A stretch of 64,000 bases of DNA from Candidatus Poribacteria bacterium (GTDB lineage Bacteria > Poribacteria > WGA-4E > WGA-3G): NCBI GenBank assembly GCA_965242965.1, contig OZ251518.1, forward strand, positions 3,200,001-3,264,000, given 5' to 3'. The notes under the pieces are model-generated. The model did no database searches. It saw nothing but the letters and a program-made list of their open reading frames with translations, and was not told the DNA's origin. The translations under genes were made by a program, and so were the position numbers. Below, piece by piece: positions 45,126-55,554 of the stretch (within the stretch, counting starts at the first letter, position 1; every line of letters begins with the position of its first letter).

Positions 45126-47570
45126 CTACTCCGCTTTCCGAATCGTCAAGCGGTAGTGCTGTCCGACCTTCTTCGTGTCGACAATCTCATGCCCATCGTT
45201 GGTGAGACTCTTCGGCACGTTCTCGATGGGTTCGCCATCGTCAATCGTAATCTCCAAGAGTTGCCCGAGCTGCATCGTCTCCAAACGAATCTTCGCTTGG
45301 ACATAGTTGAACGGGCAGGCGACTCCCTTCAAATCGAGGCTATCCACGATTTCCTCGACCGGTTTCGTCTCCTTGACAACCCTCGGCTTCCGCGCTTTGC
45401 GCGAGCGACGCGTCTTGCGGCGGCTCTGCTCCTCTTCCTCCTGTTTGATGCGCATGCGTCCGTAGACGTTATGCGATTCTTCTACAAAGAGGGTGGCTTC
45501 TTCCACGCGGCGGTGCGCCAATTCGTGGTTGAAGGTAGCAACATCCTCTTCTGTCGCTTTGAAGAGATGCGCGCCGTATCCGGCGAAGAAGTTGCCGGGC
45601 TCAAAGAACCGAGCACGGAAATCGGCGACGGTGGTGGCATCGTCAATATACTGCAACCCTACCGTCGTCAAGAGGCCGTCTGCCGCCCGAATCATCGCGT
45701 TGAAAGCGAGTTCCGCTGAATCTTGGTAGTTCCCCTTCTCCAAGTTCAAGCCGGATTCGTAGATGAGCCGGTCTGCTTCTTCCAACTTGAAAGAGACGAG
45801 CGCGACTAACTGCCCCGCACACTCGCCGACACCTGTCTTGAGTTGGAACTCCTTCGTGTCACCGGTGTCCACGTAAAACTCCGGTGCCTCTTCGTAAGAG
45901 GGAATCTTATCATACTTGGACAAGATAGACTTGATCTTCGCCTTGCCAAGCCGCCCGACGTAATCGGTGAAGGATTCCTCTTCGTGGCGTTCGGCAGTGT
46001 ATTTCCCGGTGAGTTCTTCGATGAACGCCGGGATATACTTGCCGTGGATTTTCCCCGTGGCGAGCCCGTAGGAACTCGCGTTCTCTATCATGTGCCCGCC
46101 GAGTAACACCTGATAATAGGGAGCGATGTGCCCACCCATCCGTCGCGAAGAACCGAAGAAACCAATGTTCGCGATGTGGTGCTGGCCGCACGAATTCGGG
46201 CATCCGCTGATTTTGATCCGCAGGCCCTTGATTTCATCTGGCACACCGGTTTCAGTGAAATGGTCGCGGAGGTGCGCCGCCAATCCACGTGAAGAGGAAA
46301 CGCCGAGTTTGCAAGAATCGGTGCCAGGGCAGGCGGTGATGTCCACCGTCGATTCTGCACCCGGGTCGCCCAAGCCGACTGCCTTCAGGTCGCGGTAGAG
46401 CGCAGGCAGGTCTGTCATCGTTACCCAGCGGAGGACGATATTCTGCTCCACCGTAGCGCGGATAGTGTCCTTGACATATTTCCGCGAGATGTCTGCTAAA
46501 GCGCGCGTCTGGTCTGCCGTGATGTCACCGAGTGGCAACGTAATCGTGACAAACGCGTAGCCGGGCTGTTTCTGAAACTTGACATTGGACTGATACCACG
46601 CCTCAAACCCATCCGGCTTCGAGGTGCCGTTGAGTTGCGTCGGTGCTTTGAGCGGGCTTTCGTTGTAAGCGTCTAAGTCGTCCAGATACGCTGTCCATGC
46701 CGAGTCGTGCCGTAGTTGCTCGCGTTCCTCCAACACCAGCCGGCGGAATTCCTCAATACCGTATTTGGCGATGACGAACTTGAGGCGCGCCTTGTTCCGA
46801 TTCCGACGTTCGCCTAGGCGGGTGAAAACCTTGGAGATTGCCTGTGAGATCGGGAGGAGTTCTTTCTCGGAGACAAAATCGTCAAAGATTTTCGCCTGAT
46901 GCGGCACTGCGCCGAGTCCACCGCCGACATAGAGTTTAAAACCGCGCTTGACTTCTCCATCTACCTCCTTCACAGCGGCGACTGCACCGATGTCGTGCAT
47001 GTTCGCCAAACCGCAGGCGTGTTCTTCACACCCCGAAAACGCGATTTTGAACTTCCGTCCGAAATCCTGCGCGTCCGGATGCCCCAACAAAAATGCGGAT
47101 AACGCCTTGGAGTAGGGTGTCACGTCAAACGTCTCGTCTTGGCAAACCCCGGTGATGGGGCATGCGGTGACGTTTCGGACGACATTGCCGCACGCTTCCT
47201 TCGTCGTGATGTCAACGCTGGCGAGGCGGCGCATCAACTCCGGCGTGTTGTTGATGTCGACGTAGTGATACTGCACATCTTGGCGGGTTGTGATGTGAAT
47301 GATATTGTCCGAGAACTCTTCCGCCACATCCGCGAGCATTTCAAGTTGCGCCGCGGTAAGCCCGCCAAACGGGATTTTGACGCGAATCATCTGTGAACCG
47401 TCATCGCGCTGGCCGTAAACCCCGTGTCGGAGCCGGAATTCGGTGAAGAGCGTCTCTTCCACTTGGCCGGCTTGCACGCGGTTGAGTTGGATTTCGTAAA
47501 TTTCAATGGCGCGGGCCTCATCGGGCGGAATCGCCGCCGCGTTAAATGGGCCCGCATGTTCGATAGCCAT
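45126..47570 (-). CDS. Siroheme sulfite/nitrite reductase fused to a helical HEPN-like domain and a C-terminal TusA/SirA domain
   Basis: RLRHGVYGQR, HITTRQD, ACGNVVRN, RKFKIAFSGC, CPGTDSC, SGCPNSCGQH; C-terminal LDLKGVACPFN...DDGEP..NVP. Confidence 0.9.
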   Translation of the reverse strand: MAIEHAGPFNAAAIPPDEARAIEIYEIQLNRVQAGQVEETLFTEFRLRHGVYGQRDDGSQMIRVKIPFGGLTAAQLEMLADVAEEFSDNIIHITTRQDVQYHYVDINNTPELMRRLASVDITTKEACGNVVRNVTACPITGVCQDETFDVTPYSKALSAFLLGHPDAQDFGRKFKIAFSGCEEHACGLANMHDIGAVAAVKEVDGEVKRGFKLYVGGGLGAVPHQAKIFDDFVSEKELLPISQAISKVFTRLGERRNRNKARLKFVIAKYGIEEFRRLVLEEREQLRHDSAWTAYLDDLDAYNESPLKAPTQLNGTSKPDGFEAWYQSNVKFQKQPGYAFVTITLPLGDITADQTRALADISRKYVKDTIRATVEQNIVLRWVTMTDLPALYRDLKAVGLGDPGAESTVDITACPGTDSCKLGVSSSRGLAAHLRDHFTETGVPDEIKGLRIKISGCPNSCGQHHIANIGFFGSSRRMGGHIAPYYQVLLGGHMIENASSYGLATGKIHGKYIPAFIEELTGKYTAERHEEESFTDYVGRLGKAKIKSILSKYDKIPSYEEAPEFYVDTGDTKEFQLKTGVGECAGQLVALVSFKLEEADRLIYESGLNLEKGNYQDSAELAFNAMIRAADGLLTTVGLQYIDDATTVADFRARFFEPGNFFAGYGAHLFKATEEDVATFNHELAHRRVEEATLFVEESHNVYGRMRIKQEEEEQSRRKTRRSRKARKPRVVKETKPVEEIVDSLDLKGVACPFNYVQAKIRLETMQLGQLLEITIDDGEPIENVPKSLTNDGHEIVDTKKVGQHYRLTIRKAE

Positions 47571-47829
47571 AAATGCTCCTTATTAGGACGTAAGTTGCTC
47601 TTATCCAGTTTGTGCCTATCTTAAGTTATATAGTATACCCACAATTCGTTTTTAAATCAAGGGCGAAATTTTATGAGCCTTCTGAGGTGAGTGCCCTCGG
47701 CATTAACTGCACCGAAACTCTAGTAGGAGAGACCTCCTTGTCTTGATGGCTTCCCGGTAGGAGAGCCCTTCCGGTCTCGATGCCCCGCGGTGACTGCCCT
47801 CGGCATTAACTGCACCGAACCCTTGGCAA

Positions 47830-48927
47830 TTAGTGACTGCCGGGTGCATCACCCCAATCAGGAATGGAAAGCAATTCGCCATCGCGAAGTGCTGATTGAT
47901 GCGCGACGATGCCCGGCGCGCAATACCGAACCGCCTCCCATACATTCACTCGCGGCAAACGCTGCCGATTGACTGCATCCACGAATTCATGCACGAGATA
48001 GGCATGCGAACCGCCGTGGCCACCCAAGTCTGCCGCAAGTGCCTCCGGTAAATCGCTGTGCAGTCTCGGCGGTGCCACCGATTGATGCCCGTGCTTATCT
48101 GCCCACACGCGGCCCGCCAAACTTTGCTCAAAACTGGCTTCCGTTCCGTAGATACCGCTGACGCGCTCACTGCCGGGATGCCCAATCCGCCGAAATTCAC
48201 AGATTTGCATCGTCGCGCCGTTGCTCATTGTGAACAACCCGACTTCGTTGGAGAACGGGTTCTTGTGGATGGTATCCTCGCGAAACCAATCGTCATTCGG
48301 ATAGACATATCCCTGCGCGGAGACGTTGGTGGCGTGCGCCTTCATCACAGAAATCGGAAAGCAGGTGGAATGCGTGGGATAATGCATCGGAATCGCGCCG
48401 CTTTTGTCCATCCCCCATTGCGCACCCCACCGATTTTTCGCCACGTTATAGAGTCCGTGACTCATGTCGTGAAAATATTCGGCGCGGCAGTGAACGAACT
48501 CGCCGAACTCGCCTTCCGCCGCTTTCTGCCGACAAAAAACCGCCTCCGGCCGGAAATAACTCGTCTCGCCGTTCATGTAAATCATCCCTGTGCGTTCGAC
48601 GCTGCGGACTAACTGCTCGCATTCGTCTAGGGAAACGGCTGCTGGAACAGCGGTATAGACATGTTTTCCGGCTTCCATCGCTTGGATTGCCTGCGGTGCG
48701 TGCATCCAGTGCTGCGTGATAATCACGAGCGCGTCCAAATCCGAACGGCAAATCTCATCAAGACTCCGATACGTTTCGGCGATTTGGAATTGGTTCGCCC
48801 ATTTCGACAGCCGGTCTTCGCGTAAATCGCACAAGGCGAGGCGATGCACGTCCGGGTGCGCTTGAAATGCGCTGATAAACGCCGGTCCGAACATCCCCAA
48901 CCCTACCATTCCGACGCTGATACTCAT
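47830..48927 (-). CDS. Gfo/Idh/MocA-family oxidoreductase
   Basis: VGMVGLG, HAPQAIQAMEAGKHVY, YPTHS, GHGGSH. Confidence 0.9.
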   Translation of the reverse strand: MSISVGMVGLGMFGPAFISAFQAHPDVHRLALCDLREDRLSKWANQFQIAETYRSLDEICRSDLDALVIITQHWMHAPQAIQAMEAGKHVYTAVPAAVSLDECEQLVRSVERTGMIYMNGETSYFRPEAVFCRQKAAEGEFGEFVHCRAEYFHDMSHGLYNVAKNRWGAQWGMDKSGAIPMHYPTHSTCFPISVMKAHATNVSAQGYVYPNDDWFREDTIHKNPFSNEVGLFTMSNGATMQICEFRRIGHPGSERVSGIYGTEASFEQSLAGRVWADKHGHQSVAPPRLHSDLPEALAADLGGHGGSHAYLVHEFVDAVNRQRLPRVNVWEAVRYCAPGIVAHQSALRDGELLSIPDWGDAPGSH

Positions 48928-49709
48928 TGCTTTTCCTCATACGGGTCTTCCTTCGTCAGCTCCCCGTTGGGCAGTTCGTAGTAGATATGCCCATTGAAAG
49001 AATAGACGTTGGGAATCCCCTTCTTGCGGTTTTCTTCCTGAGCCCTTTTGGCGGCCCGATTGCCGATTCGCTGGAACTCGTGTGCCTGTTTATAGGTTTC
49101 CAGGCTTAATTCGTCTTGACGCATTGTTATTCCTCCGTTGCGAATATCTCGCATAAAGAGTTCAAAGGCCTCTGGCTCGGTAACCGTGAACTGATTGCGT
49201 TCCCCAAAGGCGACTTCCTGAGGATATTGCCCAGAGTTGGCGAATAGATTCCACCGCTCCGCCAGAGCTCGGTAGATGTGCCAAAAGTTCTGTTTGCTCC
49301 GATAAAATCGGCGCACGACATCTTCCGTTGGCACATGATGTCCACCTGCCTCCACCCGATTTCGCACGCGAGCGACGCTCATCTCAGGCGATTTGAGGAA
49401 GATGAAAACGATTGTCACGGTATATCCCGCACGCTTCAATTGAGAGATGAGCCGCTCAAACCCTTTTCCGGCGAGGGTGACTTCAACAGCGAAATCCTTT
49501 TCAGCTTCGATGAGGCGGCGCATCTCCACGAAAAATAGCCGCCCTGCCTGAAGTTTGACTTTGTCCATGTCCTCAGGCTTTGATACCAGGGTTGCCGCTA
49601 TTGCGTCAGCACTGATGTATTCCATATCAGCGTCGCGGAGATATTCCGATGCAAATGTCGTTTTACCAGAGCCGTTTGGACCGGCGATGATGATGACGTT
49701 TTTGGGCAC
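48924..49709 (-). CDS. Zeta-toxin-like P-loop ATPase fused in frame to a small partner protein
   Basis: IAGPNGSGKTT, ISADAIA, RVRNRVEAGGHHVP; internal GGAGG-ATG at 49124 starts MRQDEL...NRKKGIPNVYS. Confidence 0.85.
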   Translation of the reverse strand: MPKNVIIIAGPNGSGKTTFASEYLRDADMEYISADAIAATLVSKPEDMDKVKLQAGRLFFVEMRRLIEAEKDFAVEVTLAGKGFERLISQLKRAGYTVTIVFIFLKSPEMSVARVRNRVEAGGHHVPTEDVVRRFYRSKQNFWHIYRALAERWNLFANSGQYPQEVAFGERNQFTVTEPEAFELFMRDIRNGGITMRQDELSLETYKQAHEFQRIGNRAAKRAQEENRKKGIPNVYSFNGHIYYELPNGELTKEDPYEEKQ

Positions 49710-49744
49710 AGGTCTGCCTTCCGATTTCCTAACTGGTTTGTTAT

Positions 49745-49774
49745 ATTATATCATATTGACTTTATTTTTGTCAA
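49745..49774 (-). promoter_or_regulatory. sigma70 promoter with palindrome over the -35
   Basis: Minus strand TTGACA-18-TATAAT; TTGAC-N9-GTCAA at 49756-49774. Confidence 0.6.
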
Positions 49775-50062
49775 ATTAAAGCAGGATTTTCAAGATTCGC
49801 CAGATTTCCATGATTATGAGACTTTAGTAACTGCAAAGCAAAAAGCGCGGAGAGAATCGAAATTCACTCCCCGCGCATTAAAATCCCAGAACTGCTCCTG
49901 TCCTGTTTGAGAGCAGGCACTCTCAAACGACAGAAGCGGGATAACTGAATCGTCCTGACCTCTCATAGCATTTTTGAAATTAAAATTTCTTGACAAAATT
50001 GCCGACAACCGGCATAATAATCTCCATAACTCTATTTTTCACCAATGGGAAGGAATGAAAAT

Positions 50063-51142
50063 ATGGCATTGAAAGTCGGCGTTGTGGGCATGAGCGGCAT
50101 CGGCAACAATCACGCAAACTGCCACGCCCAAGATGAATTAGCCGAACTCGTCGCAGTATGCGACATTGTGAAGGAACGCGCAGACACCGCAGCCGAACGC
50201 CTCGGCGTGAAGGCATACTATAGCCTCGCCGATATGATCGATGGCGAACCCGATTTGGACATTGTCGATGTCGGCACCGGAGGCAATGAAAACGGCAGCT
50301 GGCACTATGAACCGACGATGGAGGCTCTGGAGAACGGCAAGCACGTGCTGGTGGAAAAACCTATCTCCAACGACATCGGACAAGCGCGCGAGATGGTGGC
50401 GAAAGCTACTGAGCTGGATCTCTACCTCGGCTGCAACCTGAATCACTATTTCACGCCGCCCGCCGACCTGGCGAAGGAATATATTGACAACGGCCAGATC
50501 GGCGAGCAGGTCTACTGTTTGCACAAAATGGGGTTCGCCGGTGGGGAGTTCAACTATCAACCCTCCAAGGCACCGCGCTCGGACGGCTTCCCTTATTTCC
50601 ACGTGAAGGCGTTCCTGTCGCATCCGTTCAGCGTGATGCGCTATTTCTGCGGCGATGTGACGCACGTGCAGGCATTCATGGAACGTCCGCACTTCCGCAG
50701 ACGCGAGAACGATCTGATGGTATCGATTAACAGCATCCATCTCCGATTTGAGAACGGGTGCATCGGCTATCTGTTGAGTCAGCGGGGCGACGCGACGTTC
50801 GGACTCGGCGGCTGGTGGAGTGTTGAATTGGCTGGCACACGCGGCACGTTCTGTATTGAGAACTGCATCGAGAAGATTACGTTCTGGCCATCCCCCGGCG
50901 CACCGGAGAGTTCCGGCGAAGCGGTTGTCACTGAATCCGGCATTAGCGATTTCGGACAGACCTTTCCGTTGCGTATCCACGCGTTTTTAGAGGATATCAC
51001 CAACGGCGTGCCGAAGGAGAAGCTGCGCGCTTCTGGCAGAGATGCCCTCGCCGCGTTGGAATATACGTGGGCGGCAATTGAATCTTATGAACAAGGCGGC
51101 ATTCTGGTGCGGCCGCATCCGCTTCCGACATTGCATGGGTAG
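50063..51142 (+). CDS. Gfo/Idh/MocA-family oxidoreductase
   Basis: VGVVGMSGIG, GKHVLVEKP; promoter TTGACA(49990)-17-CATAAT. Confidence 0.9.
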   Translation: MALKVGVVGMSGIGNNHANCHAQDELAELVAVCDIVKERADTAAERLGVKAYYSLADMIDGEPDLDIVDVGTGGNENGSWHYEPTMEALENGKHVLVEKPISNDIGQAREMVAKATELDLYLGCNLNHYFTPPADLAKEYIDNGQIGEQVYCLHKMGFAGGEFNYQPSKAPRSDGFPYFHVKAFLSHPFSVMRYFCGDVTHVQAFMERPHFRRRENDLMVSINSIHLRFENGCIGYLLSQRGDATFGLGGWWSVELAGTRGTFCIENCIEKITFWPSPGAPESSGEAVVTESGISDFGQTFPLRIHAFLEDITNGVPKEKLRASGRDALAALEYTWAAIESYEQGGILVRPHPLPTLHG

Positions 51143-51312
51143 TCGCCAAATCCCAGGCGAACACGGGATGTCTATCTCCGCACAATACCAGATTGCCAGG
51201 GACGAAAGGGGGAACGGCCAGAGTGACAATGAAACATGTCGCTCTCAGAAACCCCCAAAATCCTGAAAATCTTGAAAATCCTGGTTCAGACAATTGAAAG
51301 GAGAAACCACAT

Positions 51313-52110
51313 TTGAAACTCGGAGCAAATTCAGTGCTGTTCGGCGGTTATGACATGGATACCGCGTTCAAGCACATCGCCATGGCTGGCTACGATGGCA
51401 TTGAACTTTCGGCAATCGATGGGATGAGCCAGCATCTCGTCCTCGCAAACTGGCAGGAACTCGCCGACGACATTAAACGCCTCGCCAAGGAATATGAGTT
51501 GGAGTTGTTGGCGATGGAGCAACCCTCTCGCGAGCCGGAGAAGATGGAGCTCGCATTCCAAGCAGCGGTTGAAATCGGGGTTCCGATTATTAACTGCGGA
51601 CCTGGGGGAGCGTCAGATGACGAGAGCAAATGGAACGAGGTTATCGATTCGTTGGGCAGTCTTTCGGCGCGGGCGGAACATTACGGCGTGACGCTGTGCG
51701 TCAAGGCGCATGTCGGTGCAAGCATCTATAACACGCCGACGACGCTGCGTGCAATGGAAGCGATTTCATCGGCAGCGTTTGGGGTTGACATGGATCCGTC
51801 GCATATCCATCGCGCCGGTGAAAATCCGGTAGAGGCAATCGCCGCGGTTATCTCGCGGGTGAAACATGTGCATATCCGTGATTGCAAAGGCACGCAGCGC
51901 GGTCCCGGTGCTCCGGAGCTTCAGGCGAATGGGCGCGGTGACATCGATCTGGTTGGGTATATCCGCGTGTTGCATGAAAACGGCTATACTGGCCCGCTGA
52001 ACCTTGAGGTTATCGGTGCGCGGGAATATAGCCTTGCGCAGTGTTGCACGATTGCCGCCGAATCGCGCGGGCACATGCAGGCGTGTTTGCAGGCGTGCGG
52101 CGCGCGTTAA
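51313..52110 (+). CDS. Sugar-phosphate isomerase/epimerase (xylose isomerase-like TIM barrel)
   Basis: GYDGIEL, DPSH, HVHIRD, GYTGPLNLE; SD AAGGAG with TTG start. Confidence 0.88.
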   Translation: MKLGANSVLFGGYDMDTAFKHIAMAGYDGIELSAIDGMSQHLVLANWQELADDIKRLAKEYELELLAMEQPSREPEKMELAFQAAVEIGVPIINCGPGGASDDESKWNEVIDSLGSLSARAEHYGVTLCVKAHVGASIYNTPTTLRAMEAISSAAFGVDMDPSHIHRAGENPVEAIAAVISRVKHVHIRDCKGTQRGPGAPELQANGRGDIDLVGYIRVLHENGYTGPLNLEVIGAREYSLAQCCTIAAESRGHMQACLQACGAR

Positions 52111-52165
52111 TCCGCGTAATGTTGCAAAACGCGAACAGGGTCTGCGCGATGTTTGACAGTTAAGT

Positions 52166-52619
52166 GAGGGTGTTTCATAAATCGTTCAACGTCGCGGTGC
52201 CAGGCTCCCGCGCGCTACGATAAAAAACGCCTGTCCCTCATCGTAGGGCGAGGGCCTGTCCCTCGCCAGCGTCCGCGCACCAGGCCCTGTAGTTCGGGAT
52301 CGCCTGATCCCGACCCGTTTGTGATCAGGCGATCACAAACTACAGAGGTGGAAACACACATCATGACGATGGAGCTCGCGGGGGACAGGCCCCCGCGCTA
52401 CGATAAAAAACGCCTGTCCCTCATCGTAGGGCGAGGGCCTGTCCCTCGCCAGCGTCCGCGCAATCCAACGCTCGCGGGGGAAACCCGCTCGGATGCGCGT
52501 GTGGCATCCGAGGGCCCCCGCACTACGGGAACATCGAGACCAGGAGGTCTCTCCTACGGTGGTGCATCGAGACCAGGAGGTCTCTCCTACGGTATTGCAT
52601 CGAAATATGAAACACCCTC
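52166..52619. mobile_element. 454-bp MITE with 14-bp perfect TIRs, 8-bp target-site duplication and REP cargo
   Basis: agttaagt|GAGGGTGTTTCATA ... TATGAAACACCCTC|agttaagt (duplicated 8-mer at 52158-52165 and 52620-52627). Confidence 0.85.
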
Positions 52620-52660
52620 AGTTAAGTTCTAGCGTGCGTTGAAAAACGCGGAGCCAACAG

Positions 52661-53854
52661 ATGCGTAATCAACACATTCTTCTACAATCAGAAAACCGAG
52701 AGCAGGGCGGCCTCCTCCAGCAGATCACCGACTTCTGCAGGCTGCTGCGGCAGATGGGTGTGAACGTCAGCACCACGAATCAACTCAGTTGGTGCAGGAG
52801 CGTGCAGTTGATTGACATCGGCGAGCGTGAGGCGTTCTATCACACGGCGCGCACGAACCTCATCGCGACAGCGGCGGACCGGGCGGTGTTTGACACGGCT
52901 TTCGACTTGTTCTGGCAACACCCGCGTCCTGAATCCCAAGCCGTTGATACCGAAGGCGACGAAACTGAACCGCTATCCTTGCAAGAGCTCGCCGATGAGG
53001 CAACTAAAGAAAACATCGTTGAGCAGTGGCTGGATTTTGAGGAAGACTCGGACGAAGAGGGGACAGACGAGGATGCCATCGCCTATAGCGCGGAGGAAGT
53101 GCTGACGCGGAAGGATTTCAGCGAATTCACGGAGGCGGATATGGCGACTGCGCAGGAGATTGTCGCCAAATTGGCGGCACTCCTCGCCACAAAACTGAGC
53201 CGTCGAAAGGTAACGGGCGGCAAAGGACGCACCATTGATTTCCGACAAAGTTGGCGGAAAAACCTCGCGCACGGCGGTGAACCGCTGGAGCTCATTCGGA
53301 AACGGCAGAAGATTAAGAAAACCAAGATTCTCCTCCTCTGTGATGTCAGTGGTTCTATGGATTGCTACGCCAAGTTCCTCATCCAGTTTATTTACGGGAT
53401 GCAACAAGAACTGCGAGAGGTTGAGGTGGCAGTCTTCAGCACGCATCTGACGAATATCACCGGGCTCCTCCGCCGCAAAGGGTTAGCGGCGGGGTTGAAT
53501 GAAGTGGCAAACGTCGTGCCGGATTGGGCTGGCGGAACGAAAATAGGCGAAAGTCTGCTGACGTTTTATCGGCAGTTCGCGCCGTCGTTCTCTGCCTATC
53601 GTTCTGTCGTGATTCTCATTAGCGATGGCTGGGATAGGGGCGACGCGGAGGTGCTACGCCGCGCAATGGAGATGCTTCACCGGCACGCTTACCGGTTGAT
53701 ATGGCTCAATCCGTTGCTCGGCAGTGAAGGGTATCAGCCGATTTGTCGCGGGATTCGGACAGCGTTGCCTTACGTAGATTATTTCCTCCCGGCGCACAAT
53801 TTGGAGAGCCTCGCGAAGTTGACGAAAGTGCTACTCCCACTCTGGGCAAAGTGA
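52661..53854 (+). CDS. CoxE-like vWA-domain protein
   Basis: LLCDVSGSMD, WAGGTKIG, ILISDGWD, WLNPL. Confidence 0.9.
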   Translation: MRNQHILLQSENREQGGLLQQITDFCRLLRQMGVNVSTTNQLSWCRSVQLIDIGEREAFYHTARTNLIATAADRAVFDTAFDLFWQHPRPESQAVDTEGDETEPLSLQELADEATKENIVEQWLDFEEDSDEEGTDEDAIAYSAEEVLTRKDFSEFTEADMATAQEIVAKLAALLATKLSRRKVTGGKGRTIDFRQSWRKNLAHGGEPLELIRKRQKIKKTKILLLCDVSGSMDCYAKFLIQFIYGMQQELREVEVAVFSTHLTNITGLLRRKGLAAGLNEVANVVPDWAGGTKIGESLLTFYRQFAPSFSAYRSVVILISDGWDRGDAEVLRRAMEMLHRHAYRLIWLNPLLGSEGYQPICRGIRTALPYVDYFLPAHNLESLAKLTKVLLPLWAK

Positions 53855-53877
53855 TGGATGGTTGATAGCGAATGAAC

Positions 53878-54390
53878 CTCTGTAGTTTGAGGGCACCCGA
53901 GTTCAACCAGGTCAGATGAAGATTAGGTGCGGTATCGGGACAAGGATGTCCCGCCTACGAGGGATGCGGTATCGGGACAGGGATGTCCCTCCTACGGGGG
54001 ATGCGGCGAGCCGTAGGAGAGACCTCCTGGTCTCGATGCAATAGGGCGGCGCACCTACCGGGGCCGCGGCGGCAGAAAGCCTCTTTGAAAAAACGTCTCT
54101 TAGGTCCGTAGGACCTTAATGTCTATAGCACGGGTGCCCGCGAAGAACCCTAAGGTCCTTTAGGTCCTTAATAGATTTTGACACGCCGCGCGTGTTTTTA
54201 TTAAGGACCTAAAGGACCTTGAAAACGGGACAACACGTTTTTCTATAGACATTAAGGACCTAAAGGACCTAAAATGCCCCTCTTGCCGATGGAGCTCGCG
54301 GGGGACAGACAACCGTGCTACGGGAAAATCAAGATCGGGAGGTTTCTCCTACCGGGAAGAAATCAAGACCAGGAAGGCCTCCTACCGGGG
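53878..54390. repeat. Mixed repeat cluster (class B/D REPs plus the ctatagacattaaggacct family)
   Basis: aggaccttaatgtctatag and ctatagacattaaggacctaaaggacct in inverted orientation. Confidence 0.75.
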
Positions 54391-54406
54391 ATGAGGAAAC
54401 TAAACT

Positions 54407-55537
54407 ATGCAAATCCAAGCGGCGGTAATGCTCCAACCGGGGCAAATAGAAATCCGCGAATTTGAGAAACCGACACCGACAGACGATGCTTTTCTACTGC
54501 ATGTTGATAACGTCGGCATTTGCGGCAGCGATAAGCACATGTATCTCGGCCACACGGCACTGAAATTCCCCGTGATACCGGGGCACGAAGTCGTTGGCAC
54601 CGTGGCGGAGATAGGAAGACATGCCAACCAGACGATGAACGTGATGGGCGGTCCTGTCAAAGATGGCGATAAGGTTACCGTCGTGCCGGGCTCTAAAAAC
54701 TGCGCCAAATGCTACTACTGTCTCCGCGTCCCCGGCCGCCCGACGCTCTGCACCGGACGCACGATTTATGGATTTAGCAACTGCGAAACCGCGCCCTATC
54801 TGACTGGCGAATTCTCGGAGTATACCTACATTCACGGGAACTCCTGGGTCTACAAGATACCGGACAGCGTCCCGATGGAGATTTCGGTGTTGACAGAGCC
54901 GGTTGCGGTTGCCACGCGCGCGGTTGAACGCGCCTTTTCGCCGGGGCTCCCGCATATCGGCGATGGGTTCGGCATCGGGAGCCGCGTCGCGGTGCTCGGT
55001 TGCGGCCCGATCGGGTTGCTCGTCATCGCGGTGTTGCGGGATAGCGGTGCCGGCACTATCATCGCCACAGATGTCGTGGATAGCCGCTTGGAGATGGCGA
55101 AGCAGATGGGAGCCGATGTGGCAATCAGCGTCGCCGAAACTACGCCTGAAGAGCGTGTGGAACAGATTCAGGCACTCACGGACGGGGTCGGTGTGGATAT
55201 TGCGATGGAGTGCGCGGGCATCCCCGCGGTTTTCTCGGAAGCACTTGATGTCATCCGGCGCGGTGGGAAAATCGTGGAAGTCGGGCACTATACCGATTCT
55301 GGTGATACGCGTGTGCGGCCGCACCAAATTTGCAACAAAGACGCGGATATCTGCGGCGTATGGGCATATCCGCAAATTCAGTTCCAAACAGCCTTGGATT
55401 TCCTCCAGCGGACGCGCGCGCCGTTGCAGGAACTCATCACGCATCACTTGCCGTTGCATCAGTTGGAAGCAGGCATTGACATGCTTGGCCAAGAAGGCGT
55501 TTACAAAGTGGTAATTGCCCCGCATGCAAGTGCCTGA
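54407..55537 (+). CDS. Zinc-binding alcohol/sugar dehydrogenase (MDR family)
   Basis: GICGSD, GHEVVG, CAKCYYC..C, GCGPIG. Confidence 0.93.
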   Translation: MQIQAAVMLQPGQIEIREFEKPTPTDDAFLLHVDNVGICGSDKHMYLGHTALKFPVIPGHEVVGTVAEIGRHANQTMNVMGGPVKDGDKVTVVPGSKNCAKCYYCLRVPGRPTLCTGRTIYGFSNCETAPYLTGEFSEYTYIHGNSWVYKIPDSVPMEISVLTEPVAVATRAVERAFSPGLPHIGDGFGIGSRVAVLGCGPIGLLVIAVLRDSGAGTIIATDVVDSRLEMAKQMGADVAISVAETTPEERVEQIQALTDGVGVDIAMECAGIPAVFSEALDVIRRGGKIVEVGHYTDSGDTRVRPHQICNKDADICGVWAYPQIQFQTALDFLQRTRAPLQELITHHLPLHQLEAGIDMLGQEGVYKVVIAPHASA

Positions 55538-55554
55538 GTTAACAGACTTCGTAT

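Noticed and set aside
52661-53854. CO dehydrogenase (cox) cluster
   Set aside because: Only the CoxE-like vWA gene is present, with no coxLMS or MoxR ATPase nearby.
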